A DNA stretch of 64,000 bases from a virus. The notes beneath the pieces are model-generated. The model was not told the DNA's origin. It did not search any database and saw only the letters and a list, made by a program, of their open reading frames with translations. The DNA lies in the IMG/VR virus record IMGVR_UViG_3300050343_000255, positions 1-64,000 of that record. One strand, given 5' to 3'. Position numbers and translations under genes: made by a program. This document shows, piece by piece, positions 47,956 to 57,334 of this stretch. How positions within the stretch are numbered: position 1 is the stretch's first letter; every line of letters starts with the position of its first letter.

Positions 47956-48376
47956 TAAATACCATGGATATATCTACACAACGTTGTATTGTCGCTCAAA
48001 ACATTTCTAATCTACTGGAATGGACTAAAGGCTCTGTTCGAATTAAACAATTGGTTTATAGCGATGGTAAGTCGCACACTGAACTTATATTTGATATGGA
48101 CTCTGATATGTATGATTTCTTTAAGGATCGAGTTGATGTAATAACATCTTGATTGATACAATAGTCTCTATGGAAGACTTACATATTGCTGTTGAGTTTA
48201 ATGAGCGTACAGTACGTGCGCTTCATTCTGCTGTGTCTATGACACTAGAGAAATGGACAGGGCAAGGAGAAGTAGATCAAGAAGAGCTATTTAAGTTAAA
48301 ACATTTCTTACAAGGAGCTATATTTGAATTTGATCTAGGTCGTTCGTTAAAATAGTAGTATTTCAAAGAGTGTAAT

Positions 48377-49030
48377 ATGGCTGCTCCTTTGCTAAGTATA
48401 TTTCGTCCGGCAGGACAACGTTTATTAGATAATCTTTCTAATAATACTTTTATTGGAGGAACAATATTGGCTGCACAAGAAGCTATTCCTGCAGTCTTTG
48501 GGACCAAACGCACGGATACAAATATTGATCCAAAGATGACAACAGCTATTATTGAAGCTAAAAAATTAGCAGAAAAAAGTGGCAGAAAAAATGTAAAGTA
48601 TGAAGACTACAATAACTCAACTCCCGGAGGATTTGCCGCTGCCAGGACATTTGGTCAAATTGCAGACAATGAATTCAAACGAGACGACAAAGGAAATATT
48701 ACTGGAGTAGTTCAACGCTACGATACAAATAAATCACCTACACAAGCTTTGTCTGAATTTAATATTTCTAATCCAAGTACTTATTACAAACCTGTTGAAG
48801 CATTTCTATCTTCTAATCAAAATAAAGGTGTTACAACCCACGATATCAATTTTTCTTCACCTGTCACGATTGAATCTAATAAGCCACCCAAACCAGTATC
48901 ATACAAAGTTCAACAAGGAGATACACTTACTTCTATTGCAAATAGCATGGGTGTAAACGTAAGTGAGCTTGCTAAAAGAAACAATATTGCTAATGCAAAT
49001 TTAATTAATATTGGTCAAACAATTGTCTAA
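48377..49030 (+). CDS. LysM-domain protein
   Basis: C-terminal YKVQQGDTLTSIA...NNIANANLINIGQ. Confidence 0.85.
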   Translation: MAAPLLSIFRPAGQRLLDNLSNNTFIGGTILAAQEAIPAVFGTKRTDTNIDPKMTTAIIEAKKLAEKSGRKNVKYEDYNNSTPGGFAAARTFGQIADNEFKRDDKGNITGVVQRYDTNKSPTQALSEFNISNPSTYYKPVEAFLSSNQNKGVTTHDINFSSPVTIESNKPPKPVSYKVQQGDTLTSIANSMGVNVSELAKRNNIANANLINIGQTIV

Positions 49031-49065
49031 TACGTTATTGCCAATAAACAGCTAGAATATAAATA

Positions 49066-49121
49066 CGTTCATCCCCTAACATAAGGGGACGCAAGTACCT
49101 CAGGAATGGAGGGAAGGAACG
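49066..49121 (+). ncRNA. Glutamine-II (Downstream-peptide) riboswitch
   Basis: CGTTCATC-stem-GACGCAAGTA-stem-GAAGGAACG upstream of a YRG-motif peptide. Confidence 0.75.
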
Positions 49122-49150
49122 GGAAACTACACCTCACTATGGAGTTTCCA

Positions 49151-49336
49151 ATGACCCAATTACAAGCTCGTGCTATCGAAAATGCACGTCGTGATTTTAA
49201 TCGCGCACGCAATGAACTGCGTACCCATCGTCTTTCTGAGACTGCTTACCGTGGAGTTCCCACTATCACTGAGCGTAAGCAAGCATCTGAAGTCCATGGT
49301 AATTTTGTTTATCGCGGACGAACCTACACTAAATAA
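49151..49336 (+). CDS. DUF4278-like peptide
   Basis: AYRGVP...VYRGRTYTK. Confidence 0.75.
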   Translation: MTQLQARAIENARRDFNRARNELRTHRLSETAYRGVPTITERKQASEVHGNFVYRGRTYTK

Positions 49337-49357
49337 TTACTATCTAATTAAACATTA

Positions 49358-49383
49358 GCCCCCTTAACAGGGGGTCTTTTTTT
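49358..49383 (+). terminator. Intrinsic terminator
   Basis: GCCCCCT-taac-AGGGGGT followed by a T-run. Confidence 0.7.
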
Positions 49384-49428
49384 GTGTTTTTATATTTATA
49401 CAATAGATAAAGACTATGTAATAGATAG

Positions 49429-50097
49429 ATGCGTAAAGCGGGTGATCTAATTAATGAATTTTTGCGTGAAGGTAAGCTAAAAGATAATCGCTCAGATCCT
49501 ATTGGGAGTGGCGCTTATGGTGTTGTATATGAATCCGATACACCTGGTAATGTAATGAAGCAAGGTGTTACTGGTGGATTTGATAATGACTTTGTTCAAG
49601 AAGCTAACCTGCAGTCAATAGCAGCTGATATGGGCTTTGCACCACGTGTTGCAGGCGTTGAGCGCTTTACTGGTGGCATTGGTGATCGAATCGAAATGGA
49701 AGATGTACGTAGGAATTTTGAACCTGTCCAAGCTATCCAAGGCTTGTATCCAGCAGATCCAATGTTTAATGTACGTTCATCACAACAGATAGGTCAACTA
49801 GCACTAAAAGGTGTGCGTTTAGATGATCGCAAAGCAGATAATATGATGCAAAATAAAATGACAGGCAGACCAATGCAACTAGACTTTGGTATTGCTGATC
49901 GTGTAACAGCAGAAGATCAAGTAATGGCCTTAGCGGATGCTACAGAAGATGGCTTCCGTGCAGCAGGTATTGGTGATATAGGTGATATTTTTAGAGATAC
50001 TGTTTATGATTTGATTAATGGTGGTCAAATTGATGAAGCTATGGATATAGCCAAGCAAGGCTTTAGTCGTTTGCAAAAGATCAAGCAAGTAGCTTAA
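49429..50097 (+). CDS. Protein kinase-like protein
   Basis: GSGAYGVVY, MK, E, DRKADN, DFG. Confidence 0.8.
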   Translation: MRKAGDLINEFLREGKLKDNRSDPIGSGAYGVVYESDTPGNVMKQGVTGGFDNDFVQEANLQSIAADMGFAPRVAGVERFTGGIGDRIEMEDVRRNFEPVQAIQGLYPADPMFNVRSSQQIGQLALKGVRLDDRKADNMMQNKMTGRPMQLDFGIADRVTAEDQVMALADATEDGFRAAGIGDIGDIFRDTVYDLINGGQIDEAMDIAKQGFSRLQKIKQVA

Positions 50098-50405
50098 GCC
50101 GTAAATTCTTTGTATAGGTTTTCTTTCACCTGAGTTTCAGGTCGATAAGACTCCGCTCTTGCTTTGTCGTATGACGCCATTTGATTACGCATTTGTTGCG
50201 TAAATAATCCCCCTTTGAAGTCACCAAAACCACCACCAGCAGGTCCTCCATAAGGAACTCCCTGCGTTCCTGGTGTTTGCTCAGTTCTGAATGGCTTACG
50301 ACTTTGATTAAATCTATATGCTGCTGCACGTTGTTTTGCCAATGCAGGTCCACGCCTGCTTGGAGTGTAAGAATCACCTTGGCGTAAACGTCTTCGATCA
50401 ACCAC
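50094..50405 (-). CDS. Hypothetical protein
   Basis: 103-aa ORF. Confidence 0.55.
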   Translation of the reverse strand: MVDRRRLRQGDSYTPSRRGPALAKQRAAAYRFNQSRKPFRTEQTPGTQGVPYGGPAGGGFGDFKGGLFTQQMRNQMASYDKARAESYRPETQVKENLYKEFTA

Positions 50406-50424
50406 TATAGATTCCTACTAATAC

Positions 50425-50607
50425 TTATCTATTATACTTTGGAAACCCTGGCTTACATTCATCTTCAGCTTGAAAGCAAGTAACCCATTCTGCATCTGTA
50501 CTCAATAGATGATCAGGCATTTGATCTTGAAGCATTGATATAGCAGCAAGATGGTGTGGATTCTCTGTAAACGCTTTGAAGTATTGCTGAAGCTTTATCT
50601 TTCTCAC
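50425..50607 (-). CDS. Stand-alone copy of the endolysin N-terminal domain
   Basis: YFKAF...HHLAAI..L...EWV..F resembles the N-terminus of 57335. Confidence 0.5.
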   Translation of the reverse strand: MRKIKLQQYFKAFTENPHHLAAISMLQDQMPDHLLSTDAEWVTCFQAEDECKPGFPKYNR

Positions 50608-50831
50608 TGAATGCCTACTTGTTGGTTCAATACCTTTACAGCTTTTGCTAGAGGAACCATTGTTGCAACAAGCTTTTTAGGAAGTTCAGTCTCACGCTGA
50701 TCCATTGTCTTTTCTACAAGAGCCATTTGCTCTTGCACTGCGGTAACTTTACTTTCAATATTTTTCTGTTTATAGTCAGTAAATTTCATTGCAAGCAGCA
50801 ATGTCAATACTGGTCCAATAATATATTCCAT
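50604..50831 (-). CDS. Small membrane-anchored coiled-coil protein
   Basis: N-terminal hydrophobic helix. Confidence 0.5.
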   Translation of the reverse strand: MEYIIGPVLTLLLAMKFTDYKQKNIESKVTAVQEQMALVEKTMDQRETELPKKLVATMVPLAKAVKVLNQQVGIQ

Positions 50832-50864
50832 TGATATTAATTAACTGAGTAAAGTCTAGCTCAA

Positions 50865-51200
50865 TTAAACAAATTGTAAGCCATCATCTTCTAGATCATC
50901 ATCTTCCCAACCTTCATCCATAATATCTGTTGGCATCTCTTCTGAGTTATCAACTGATAATTCCAACAAATCACAGAAGGTTTCTTCTGAGATGATTTCA
51001 GGTAACCCTGCCTGTTGCTCGTCAATTTTAAAAACAATGCCACTAGCCATTAGTGTTTGTTGAACTCCATTCTTTTGCTCCATCCGTGACTTAAGCAGGC
51101 GCAAGGCCGTTTTTTCCAGAGCAGGTCTGCTCATTCGAGTTACTTCGTATCTTGCTCGTGTGAGAGCAAACCGTTGTTCGATGGTAAGTTGGTTGTTCAT
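50865..51200 (-). CDS. nblA: NblA-like phycobilisome degradation protein with acidic extension
   Basis: LTIEQRF..VTRMSR..L...M.QKN matches the NblA pattern L(S/T)LEQxF..MSREQ..M.K.N. Confidence 0.55.
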   Translation of the reverse strand: MNNQLTIEQRFALTRARYEVTRMSRPALEKTALRLLKSRMEQKNGVQQTLMASGIVFKIDEQQAGLPEIISEETFCDLLELSVDNSEEMPTDIMDEGWEDDDLEDDGLQFV

Positions 51201-51543
51201 CTAGTTCTTCCTCAATAAATCTCTTGTTTGTAATCCATTCTTCAATTAATTCTTGTGCAACTTCGTTATAGAAGGTTTGTCTTTTAAACCATACTAACCA
51301 AGGTTCTGTACCTTTTGAGTGATTACACTCAAGACATGCAGGAAGAAGATTACTGCGTAAACTTGAACCTCCATTGGCTCGTGGTTTGATGTGATCTAAC
51401 GTTGTTGCTCGTTTAGATCTGCAGTAGCCACAAAGGCCACCCCAACCATATTTAATTGATTTTTTAAATCTGCGCTTGGCACTTTGTTTTGATAAACAAG
51501 TGAGGTCAAACAGTAGGTCCGACCAGTCTTCAGCAATACCCAT
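51091..51543 (-). CDS. HNH endonuclease
   Basis: CGYC..TLDHIKPR.NGG...NLLPACLECNHSKG. Confidence 0.9.
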   Translation of the reverse strand: MGIAEDWSDLLFDLTCLSKQSAKRRFKKSIKYGWGGLCGYCRSKRATTLDHIKPRANGGSSLRSNLLPACLECNHSKGTEPWLVWFKRQTFYNEVAQELIEEWITNKRFIEEELDEQPTYHRTTVCSHTSKIRSNSNEQTCSGKNGLAPA

Positions 51544-51608
51544 TCGTTCTTATTTAAGGAACTTACTACGAATGTAACGGAACTGCGTTCTTTATGTGTA
51601 TTTAAGTA

Positions 51609-51866
51609 TCAACGATTGCGTGTTTGAGTTAATACAAGTTCATCTAACTTATCTTCTATGCGAATCATGTGAGCTTCAACTCTTTCCAAAGTAGTAGCAA
51701 AATCAGCTTTTGATATATACGAGCGAGCCATGCACAGCTCAACTTCATCAATACGTTTATCAACGCTATCAATTTTACTATTGATTCTTGAAGTCAAGAT
51801 AAAGCCACCAGTTACAACCGCTAGTCCTGCACTGACAATTGACTCAATCATTTCAAGTATATGCAC
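51609..51866 (-). CDS. Small holin-like membrane/coiled-coil protein
   Basis: TM helix then IDEVEL..YISK.DF...IEDKLD. Confidence 0.5.
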   Translation of the reverse strand: MHILEMIESIVSAGLAVVTGGFILTSRINSKIDSVDKRIDEVELCMARSYISKADFATTLERVEAHMIRIEDKLDELVLTQTRNR

Positions 51867-51938
51867 TTGGCTTTTTATCTATTGTATCTCACAATTGCTT
51901 TTAATAAACTGTAGACTTTTACTAGAATTATTTAAAAT

Positions 51939-52339
51939 ATGAATCTAGAATTATCCGAACTATATCTAAATCCAATATTGTTATAGCTAGTTCCAAGGTC
52001 CATCGCTGGGGCGTTTTTGCTCATAAAGATATTGCCAAGCACGATGTATTGCAAGAGTCTCCCTATTGTACTTTCTCTACAAAAGAGCTTAAGAAAAAAT
52101 CTGATGTAGTTGTTCGCTATACCTATGACTCATATGACAATCCAGGAGCAGATGACGTTGTACTTGGATTTGGGTTTGCAGCTTTGTATAACCACTCATC
52201 CAGTAACAATGCAGCTTATGAGCTAGATACTGTTAATGAGGTCATGCGCCATTACGCAGTAGAAGATATTCCTGCCGGTTCAGAAATCTTCATTGACTAT
52301 GGATATGAAGATGATGATTGTAATTTTGGAGATTACTAA
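51939..52339 (+). CDS. SET-domain lysine methyltransferase (apparent frameshift near 51970)
   Basis: HRWGVFA.KDI...YNHS...DIPAGSEIFIDYG. Confidence 0.8.
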
Positions 52340-52586
52340 TCTTTCTTTGCTTTATGACTGTACGAAATTGTCCAGCCATCTTGGCCAAACTCTCCAACCT
52401 CTTCAAATTTCCAATCCAACTCAGGATCAGGCTCTGGTGTTGAACGCTTGAAATCCTCCACCGCAGTATCTATCTTGTGCGGCAGAGTTGTATAAAATTT
52501 TCTTTCTTGTATCTTCCGTCGGACAGTTTCCAATGGACTGCGACTATTGAATTGATATATCCATTTCCCGTCTGACGGTATGTTGC

Positions 52587-52730
52587 CTAAGCCTTTTTTC
52601 CAGGCTTAATTGCATTGACTGCAGAAAGCACAAGCTGTACAACAGAGTTGGACTTCAGTGGAGTCAGTGCAATAATTTCACTTGCAGCAGCAATAATAAT
52701 CCAAAAAATTGGAGACTCAATGATACCCAT
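52587..52730 (-). CDS. Putative holin (47 aa)
   Basis: MGIIESPIFWIIIAAASEIIALTPLKSNSVVQLVL, translated by hand. Confidence 0.55.
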   Translation of the reverse strand: MGIIESPIFWIIIAAASEIIALTPLKSNSVVQLVLSAVNAIKPGKKA

Positions 52731-52760
52731 GATTATATATGTAAGTTGATTTTATTCTAA

Positions 52761-52884
52761 CTACTTTGCTACGCAAACTACGAGGTTTTCTATATACCTA
52801 TCTTGTTAATCCTGGCTACGTAGCATCTATAGCCTATTTAAAAAAACAGTATATAAGCAGTAGCGTAGTCAGCGTAGTTTTTGC
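52761..52884 (-). repeat. ~125-bp origin-like element, copy 3 (inverted)
   Basis: Reverse complement aligns to copy 1 including TTAACAAG and TTTGCGTAG. Confidence 0.75.
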
Positions 52885-52936
52885 AGCTTTTATCTATTAG
52901 CTCTATGCTGAGTAAGCGTAGATGCATATATAGATT

Positions 52937-53215
52937 ATGGAATTCTCGACAGAGCAGCAATTGTTCCTGGCGATTCGCAGCCTCGACACCAAGCTCGACA
53001 GCGTGCTTCGTCGTCTCAACTCAGAAGAACAAGCAGAGTGGCTCGACACTAAAGACACTTGCTCGATGCTTGGTTGCACCGACCGTCACCTCCGCAACTT
53101 GATGGCAGAGGGCACCATCGCTGGTGACTGCATCCGTAATGTCGGCACCATCAAACGTGCTCGTTACAAGTTTCACCGCAGCAAGGTTATGAGTCAGTAC
53201 CTCAAGCGCGTTTGA
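52937..53215 (+). CDS. Excisionase-like HTH protein
   Basis: WLDTKDTCSMLGCTDRHLRNL; convergent with the integrase. Confidence 0.65.
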   Translation: MEFSTEQQLFLAIRSLDTKLDSVLRRLNSEEQAEWLDTKDTCSMLGCTDRHLRNLMAEGTIAGDCIRNVGTIKRARYKFHRSKVMSQYLKRV

Positions 53216-54307
53216 ACTTGTCGCGCTGCTTTTCCCTCAGTGCACGCATGTTTTTCTTGTTGATCCACAGGTGGTAGTGCTTTCTATGTGTCGTTTCTGA
53301 GTGACCCATCAGCCTTGCAGCAGTGCTGATCTCTATCCCCTGCACTAGCGATCGAATCGCATAGGCGTGACGCAGGTTGTACAGCGGCCTGTGCTTGAGA
53401 TTGTTACGTTCCATGTAATCGGAGTACTGCCTGGCGACGTTCAAGCGGTGGCAGGTGGGCTTGTGTATCTCACACAGGTTCAGCTCCTTGATCCATTCTT
53501 CTGGCAACGCCCAAGCTTCACGCGAGTAAGGCTTGCCCTTGGTTTTGTAAGTCATCAGATTGATTACGTCATCCTCGAACTCGACGCTCAGTAATTCGCT
53601 GGGCCTGGTGCCAAAGGCCATGCTCATGCCATGCACCCATTTCCAGCGTGGATCTTCGATGCTGCTCCAGATCGACAGCAGTTCCTCATCACTAGGAATG
53701 TCCCGCTCAGTGAGCTGAGAAATTGTGTAGCCCTTCTCGCCTCGAACAGTGGCTGCTTATCCCACTTCAGTCCCATGTGATCAAGGGTGACTGAGACGAT
53801 CGAGCCGAAGTTTTCCCGACTGCTCGGTGACTCGATGTCCTTAATCACCTGGCAGATCGCCTCTAGATCAGCAGCTCCATAGAACTTGCTGAACAGGCTG
53901 ATCGTCGGTTTGTACTTAGCGGTGTAGATGCCCGCGCCTGTCTTGGGCTTGTCTGGGTAATAGGCATCGAAGCGTGCCTCGATCGCCTGGCACAGCTCTG
54001 TGAACAGGATCGAATCACGTGGAGCACTGCTTTTCTTTGCAGTGATCTTGTCTTTGCTCCAGTTGCTCCAGCTGAAAGTGCCCATCGAAAGCTCCTCGTC
54101 CAAGCGGAACGCCAGCTCTTTGGCCTTATCAGGTGTACTTAAATCGCTGGCCCTTCAGCCTGTCGGAATTTGCTGCTGCTTACGCTTGCTCGGCTCCGTT
54201 TTGCAGGGCAGTGTGGCGACTAAGTACACAGCCTGTCGATCTGGCAGGGTTTTGATAGCGCAACGGTCCAGCTTCTTATTGAGGAACGTGACCCAATTTC
54301 TGTCCAT
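53202..54307 (-). CDS. int: Tyrosine integrase (one frameshift and one in-frame TGA, likely read errors)
   Basis: YLVATLP..KQQQI N-terminus, GTRPSE, KT, YNLRHAY, MGHS, HY. Confidence 0.85.
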
Positions 54308-54605
54308 CACTGACTTCTCGGCTCCCCCGAGTATGCCCCAAACTCACTGATCCTGTGTACTTAAAAACCGTCTTAAATCCCTGGTTTTGGTGCCGGAACA
54401 GACCGGAACACAGGTGAACCAATAAAAAAGGGACCCTTGCGGATCCCCTGGTATGACTGGTGTTTAAGTCGGTGACTCAATCGGAGCGGCGGGATTTGAA
54501 CCCACGACCCCTACTACCCCAAGGTAGTGACAATTCTTTATAAACCCGCTTCGTAACTGGCTTTTGATTCGTCAATTTTGTAAATGTACTTAATTTTGTA
54601 CTTAA
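54134..54605. repeat. TGTACTTAA direct repeats (putative integrase arm sites) at 54134, 54356, 54585 and 54597
   Basis: Four exact copies flanking the attP core. Confidence 0.65.
54481..54529 (-). other. attP core: 3' half of tRNA-Pro(GGG)
   Basis: Reverse strand reads TTGGGGTAGTAGGGGTCGTGGGTTCAAATCCCGCCGCTCCGA (anticodon loop, T-arm, acceptor 3' side); 5' half absent; next to int. Confidence 0.85.
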
Positions 54606-54613
54606 GTTCAGAA

Positions 54614-54991
54614 TTAGCTGACGGCTGTAATTGCCGCTCCACGCAGGGGTACTCGGTAATCAGTGCCGACTTTCAAGGCAGCATCTGATGTAACGAAAAT
54701 ACGAGTGACGTATTTACGCTTGTCATCTCCGTCAAAGACATAGGCAGAGCCGTTCCACTCCACTTTCAAATGTGGGTTGGAGTCAGAAACTGCGATGTAA
54801 ACAGACTGGCTGTTGTCACTGTTGTCAACACGCACGCAGCCTTCGTAGATCGTGTTATCCCCATTCCACCACCAACGTGGGACATTCCAATAATTGCGAG
54901 GGCGATCAGTAGTCCTTGGACTGACGAAAGTTAAGTCGCCTGATTGGTCCTCAAAGGAATGCAATCCTGTAATAGTAATTGCACCAGCCAT
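54614..54991 (-). CDS. Hypothetical (possibly structural) protein
   Basis: 125-aa beta-rich ORF. Confidence 0.55.
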   Translation of the reverse strand: MAGAITITGLHSFEDQSGDLTFVSPRTTDRPRNYWNVPRWWWNGDNTIYEGCVRVDNSDNSQSVYIAVSDSNPHLKVEWNGSAYVFDGDDKRKYVTRIFVTSDAALKVGTDYRVPLRGAAITAVS

Positions 54992-55139
54992 TAACCTTTG
55001 CCTCGCTGCATTACTTTACGCATTTTCTTATCCTTGAAATCTTGAGCATCAGGTTCTTTAGATGCTTCTTTCATAGGTTCTTGTTTGTCCCCATCTCCAT
55101 CAATATCAAGGAAATCAGGTTTCATGCTTTGTCCTGGCA

Positions 55140-55376
55140 TCAGTCTTTACTAATAATGTTTTTATAGAAGTTAGCCTTCTTCTTCATTTTAGATGATGCA
55201 TCTGAATCATTTAAAACTTCATTAGCAAAAGCCTTACGTCCTTCTGGTGTATCTGGATGTCCAGCTTTTGTTGCTGCAGCAGTGAAGGTTCCTTTAGTTC
55301 CACCTTTCTTGCCATGCGACATTTTCTTGAATGCTTTGGCTAAGCCTTTTGCCTGCTTGCGGGGTTCCTTTGACAT
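55140..55376 (-). CDS. Small basic protein
   Basis: K-rich, GTFTAAA..KKANFY. Confidence 0.6.
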   Translation of the reverse strand: MSKEPRKQAKGLAKAFKKMSHGKKGGTKGTFTAAATKAGHPDTPEGRKAFANEVLNDSDASSKMKKKANFYKNIISKD

Positions 55377-55814
55377 TACGAACGATGCTTAGAAGTTTTC
55401 TTGGCAACATCTTTAGGCTGCTTACTGAACTGCTGACCTTTACGAGCAGCAGCGCGTTTTTTAGCAGTACTTCTTGCATACTCTTCATCAGTCAAAGCTT
55501 CCCTAGCTTTCTTAGGCAGGTAGCGTTCACCAGTTGCTTTCTTGCCTTGAGTACTGTTTTTACCCTGACTTAGTACCCCAATCTTCTTTAGTCCAACTAT
55601 CTAGAGAATTTTGTGATTTTGCTTTAGCCATTAGTCTTTATACCCGCCACCTTTGGCTTTATATTGCTTGGCTAACATCTGTGCTTTACGAGCAGACCAC
55701 TGACCAGGCTTTCCACCTTTACCACTAGCTTTAATTTGAGAGAATAGTTTCTTACGCATACCTGGCATTGTGTAATTGCCAGCTTCGTTGACTTTATGAT
55801 TTCTTGTCAGCCAT
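55376..55814 (-). CDS. Two coupled small basic proteins (DUF5872-like), broken by apparent read errors
   Basis: GGKPGQWSARKAQMLAKQYKAKGGGY and WTKEDW..TGERYLP motifs read by hand. Confidence 0.55.
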
Positions 55815-56571
55815 CAGTCTGCTCCATCATGTATTCATCTGACCCTTCTTGATTATATTCATTTTTTGGCATGCATTCATCGGTAATTGGTCCTCCATGC
55901 ACCCAAGCATCACATGTACGATCGCCTGCACATTTAAATTTAAATAGCTGACAATAACCAATGTTGGCATTCATGATGACCTTACGTGGATCAACGTATG
56001 GCTCTTCATCTGTACCAATGCCTTTGCCAATGCAGCACATGACTTTCCATGTCTGATCGAACGCGGCACAGTTACCACAGCGGGTAGACTTTGCCTCTTC
56101 AACTGATGTATGAAAGATGTCTGCCTTTTGTTCCCAGAACTCATCGTTAGGGAAGGACCATCGAAGGATTGTCCAATTTCATTCTTTGGAACATCTTGAT
56201 AACCTGAAACGTGTCCTAAGTTCGCCTTGCGTCCTTGATAATTAAAATTCGAACATTTAATATTCAATTTAGTATTCAACAATAATAAGGCCGTGAACAT
56301 CAGTACAAACGGCTGAGTTAGCGTAAAGAATTGCATTAATGAAAGAGTTCCCAGCCACGCACTAATGACTTCACTACTTAGATGATATTAGCTGTAACCT
56401 CGTGACGTCTCTGATGAAATAACAACAATTACTTACTTAAGCTTCTGCAATTGCTTCTGCTTCTTCTAGCTGTGAGCTTCGCGCAATGAAGCAGCACCCA
56501 TCATTAGGCAAACCTTGATAATCCTTTGTCCACAATCATTAGTCACCATTTTATGTGACCAGTAACGTGCA

Positions 56572-56847
56572 CTAAAAATGATCTGGCTTACTATCCTGTG
56601 CATTATGCCTAGCGTAGTAAGACTTCTTACGTGCTTTGTCTTTTGCAGACTTAGGATTTTTACCAGCACCTTTTACGCCTTGCTGACCAAAACGGATGAT
56701 CTTTTCTTTACCGTTTTTACAGGCTTTTACAACGTGTGATTTTGTTGCGTGACCTTTAGTACGCATTGGTTTATTGCACTTAAGTTTATCTTTGTCTAAG
56801 TGAGACTTAGCTTTTGATTTAGCTTTAGCGCGAGCAGATGCTGCCAT
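56572..56847 (-). CDS. Small basic protein
   Basis: KSHVVKAC..KIIRFGQQG..YARH. Confidence 0.6.
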   Translation of the reverse strand: MAASARAKAKSKAKSHLDKDKLKCNKPMRTKGHATKSHVVKACKNGKEKIIRFGQQGVKGAGKNPKSAKDKARKKSYYARHNAQDSKPDHF

Positions 56848-57002
56848 GTTATCTACACAATCCTTCTATTATTTTAACGGTTCTAAAGGATCAGATTTAC
56901 CATCTACGATTGCACAAGCACGTTTATAAAAGAAATTATCTGTAGTACCTTTCTCCTCCATAACTTCTTTAATCTTTAGCCAATTAGCTTTTTCTTCGTC
57001 AC

Positions 57003-57275
57003 TCATTGGTTAGCTGCAATGTGATCCATCTCTGCATGCATGAGGTCACTAAGGTTTGACACCTGAGCACAGCAGCTCATAATCAATCCGCGTTGATTAG
57101 GGGTGAGATTGTCTGCATCAATAGCATCTTCTGATAGCACTACTGCTACGTCACCTAGTGCCATGATGATTGCAGGCATTCCCCACTTTTCAACCAATCC
57201 AGACATTACAGATAGAAGTGGATTGTCACCACTTTCTACTGATTGCCAGAATTGTTTGCGTTCTTCCGCAGTCAT
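57003..57275 (-). CDS. Hypothetical protein
   Basis: 90 aa, TACAAT upstream. Confidence 0.55.
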   Translation of the reverse strand: MTAEERKQFWQSVESGDNPLLSVMSGLVEKWGMPAIIMALGDVAVVLSEDAIDADNLTPNQRGLIMSCCAQVSNLSDLMHAEMDHIAANQ

Positions 57276-57334
57276 AATTAGAGCCCTAAGTATTACTATT
57301 GTAGATAGAATACCTGTAGAGATATGTAGACATT

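Noticed and set aside
53202-54307. Integrase as an integron IntI acting on the hairpin array
   Set aside because: It has its own tRNA-type attP and arm sites, no visible IntI insertion, and lies far from the array
54481-54560. Complete tRNA-Pro gene
   Set aside because: D-arm and 5' acceptor strand are absent; only the 3' half is present, so it is called attP
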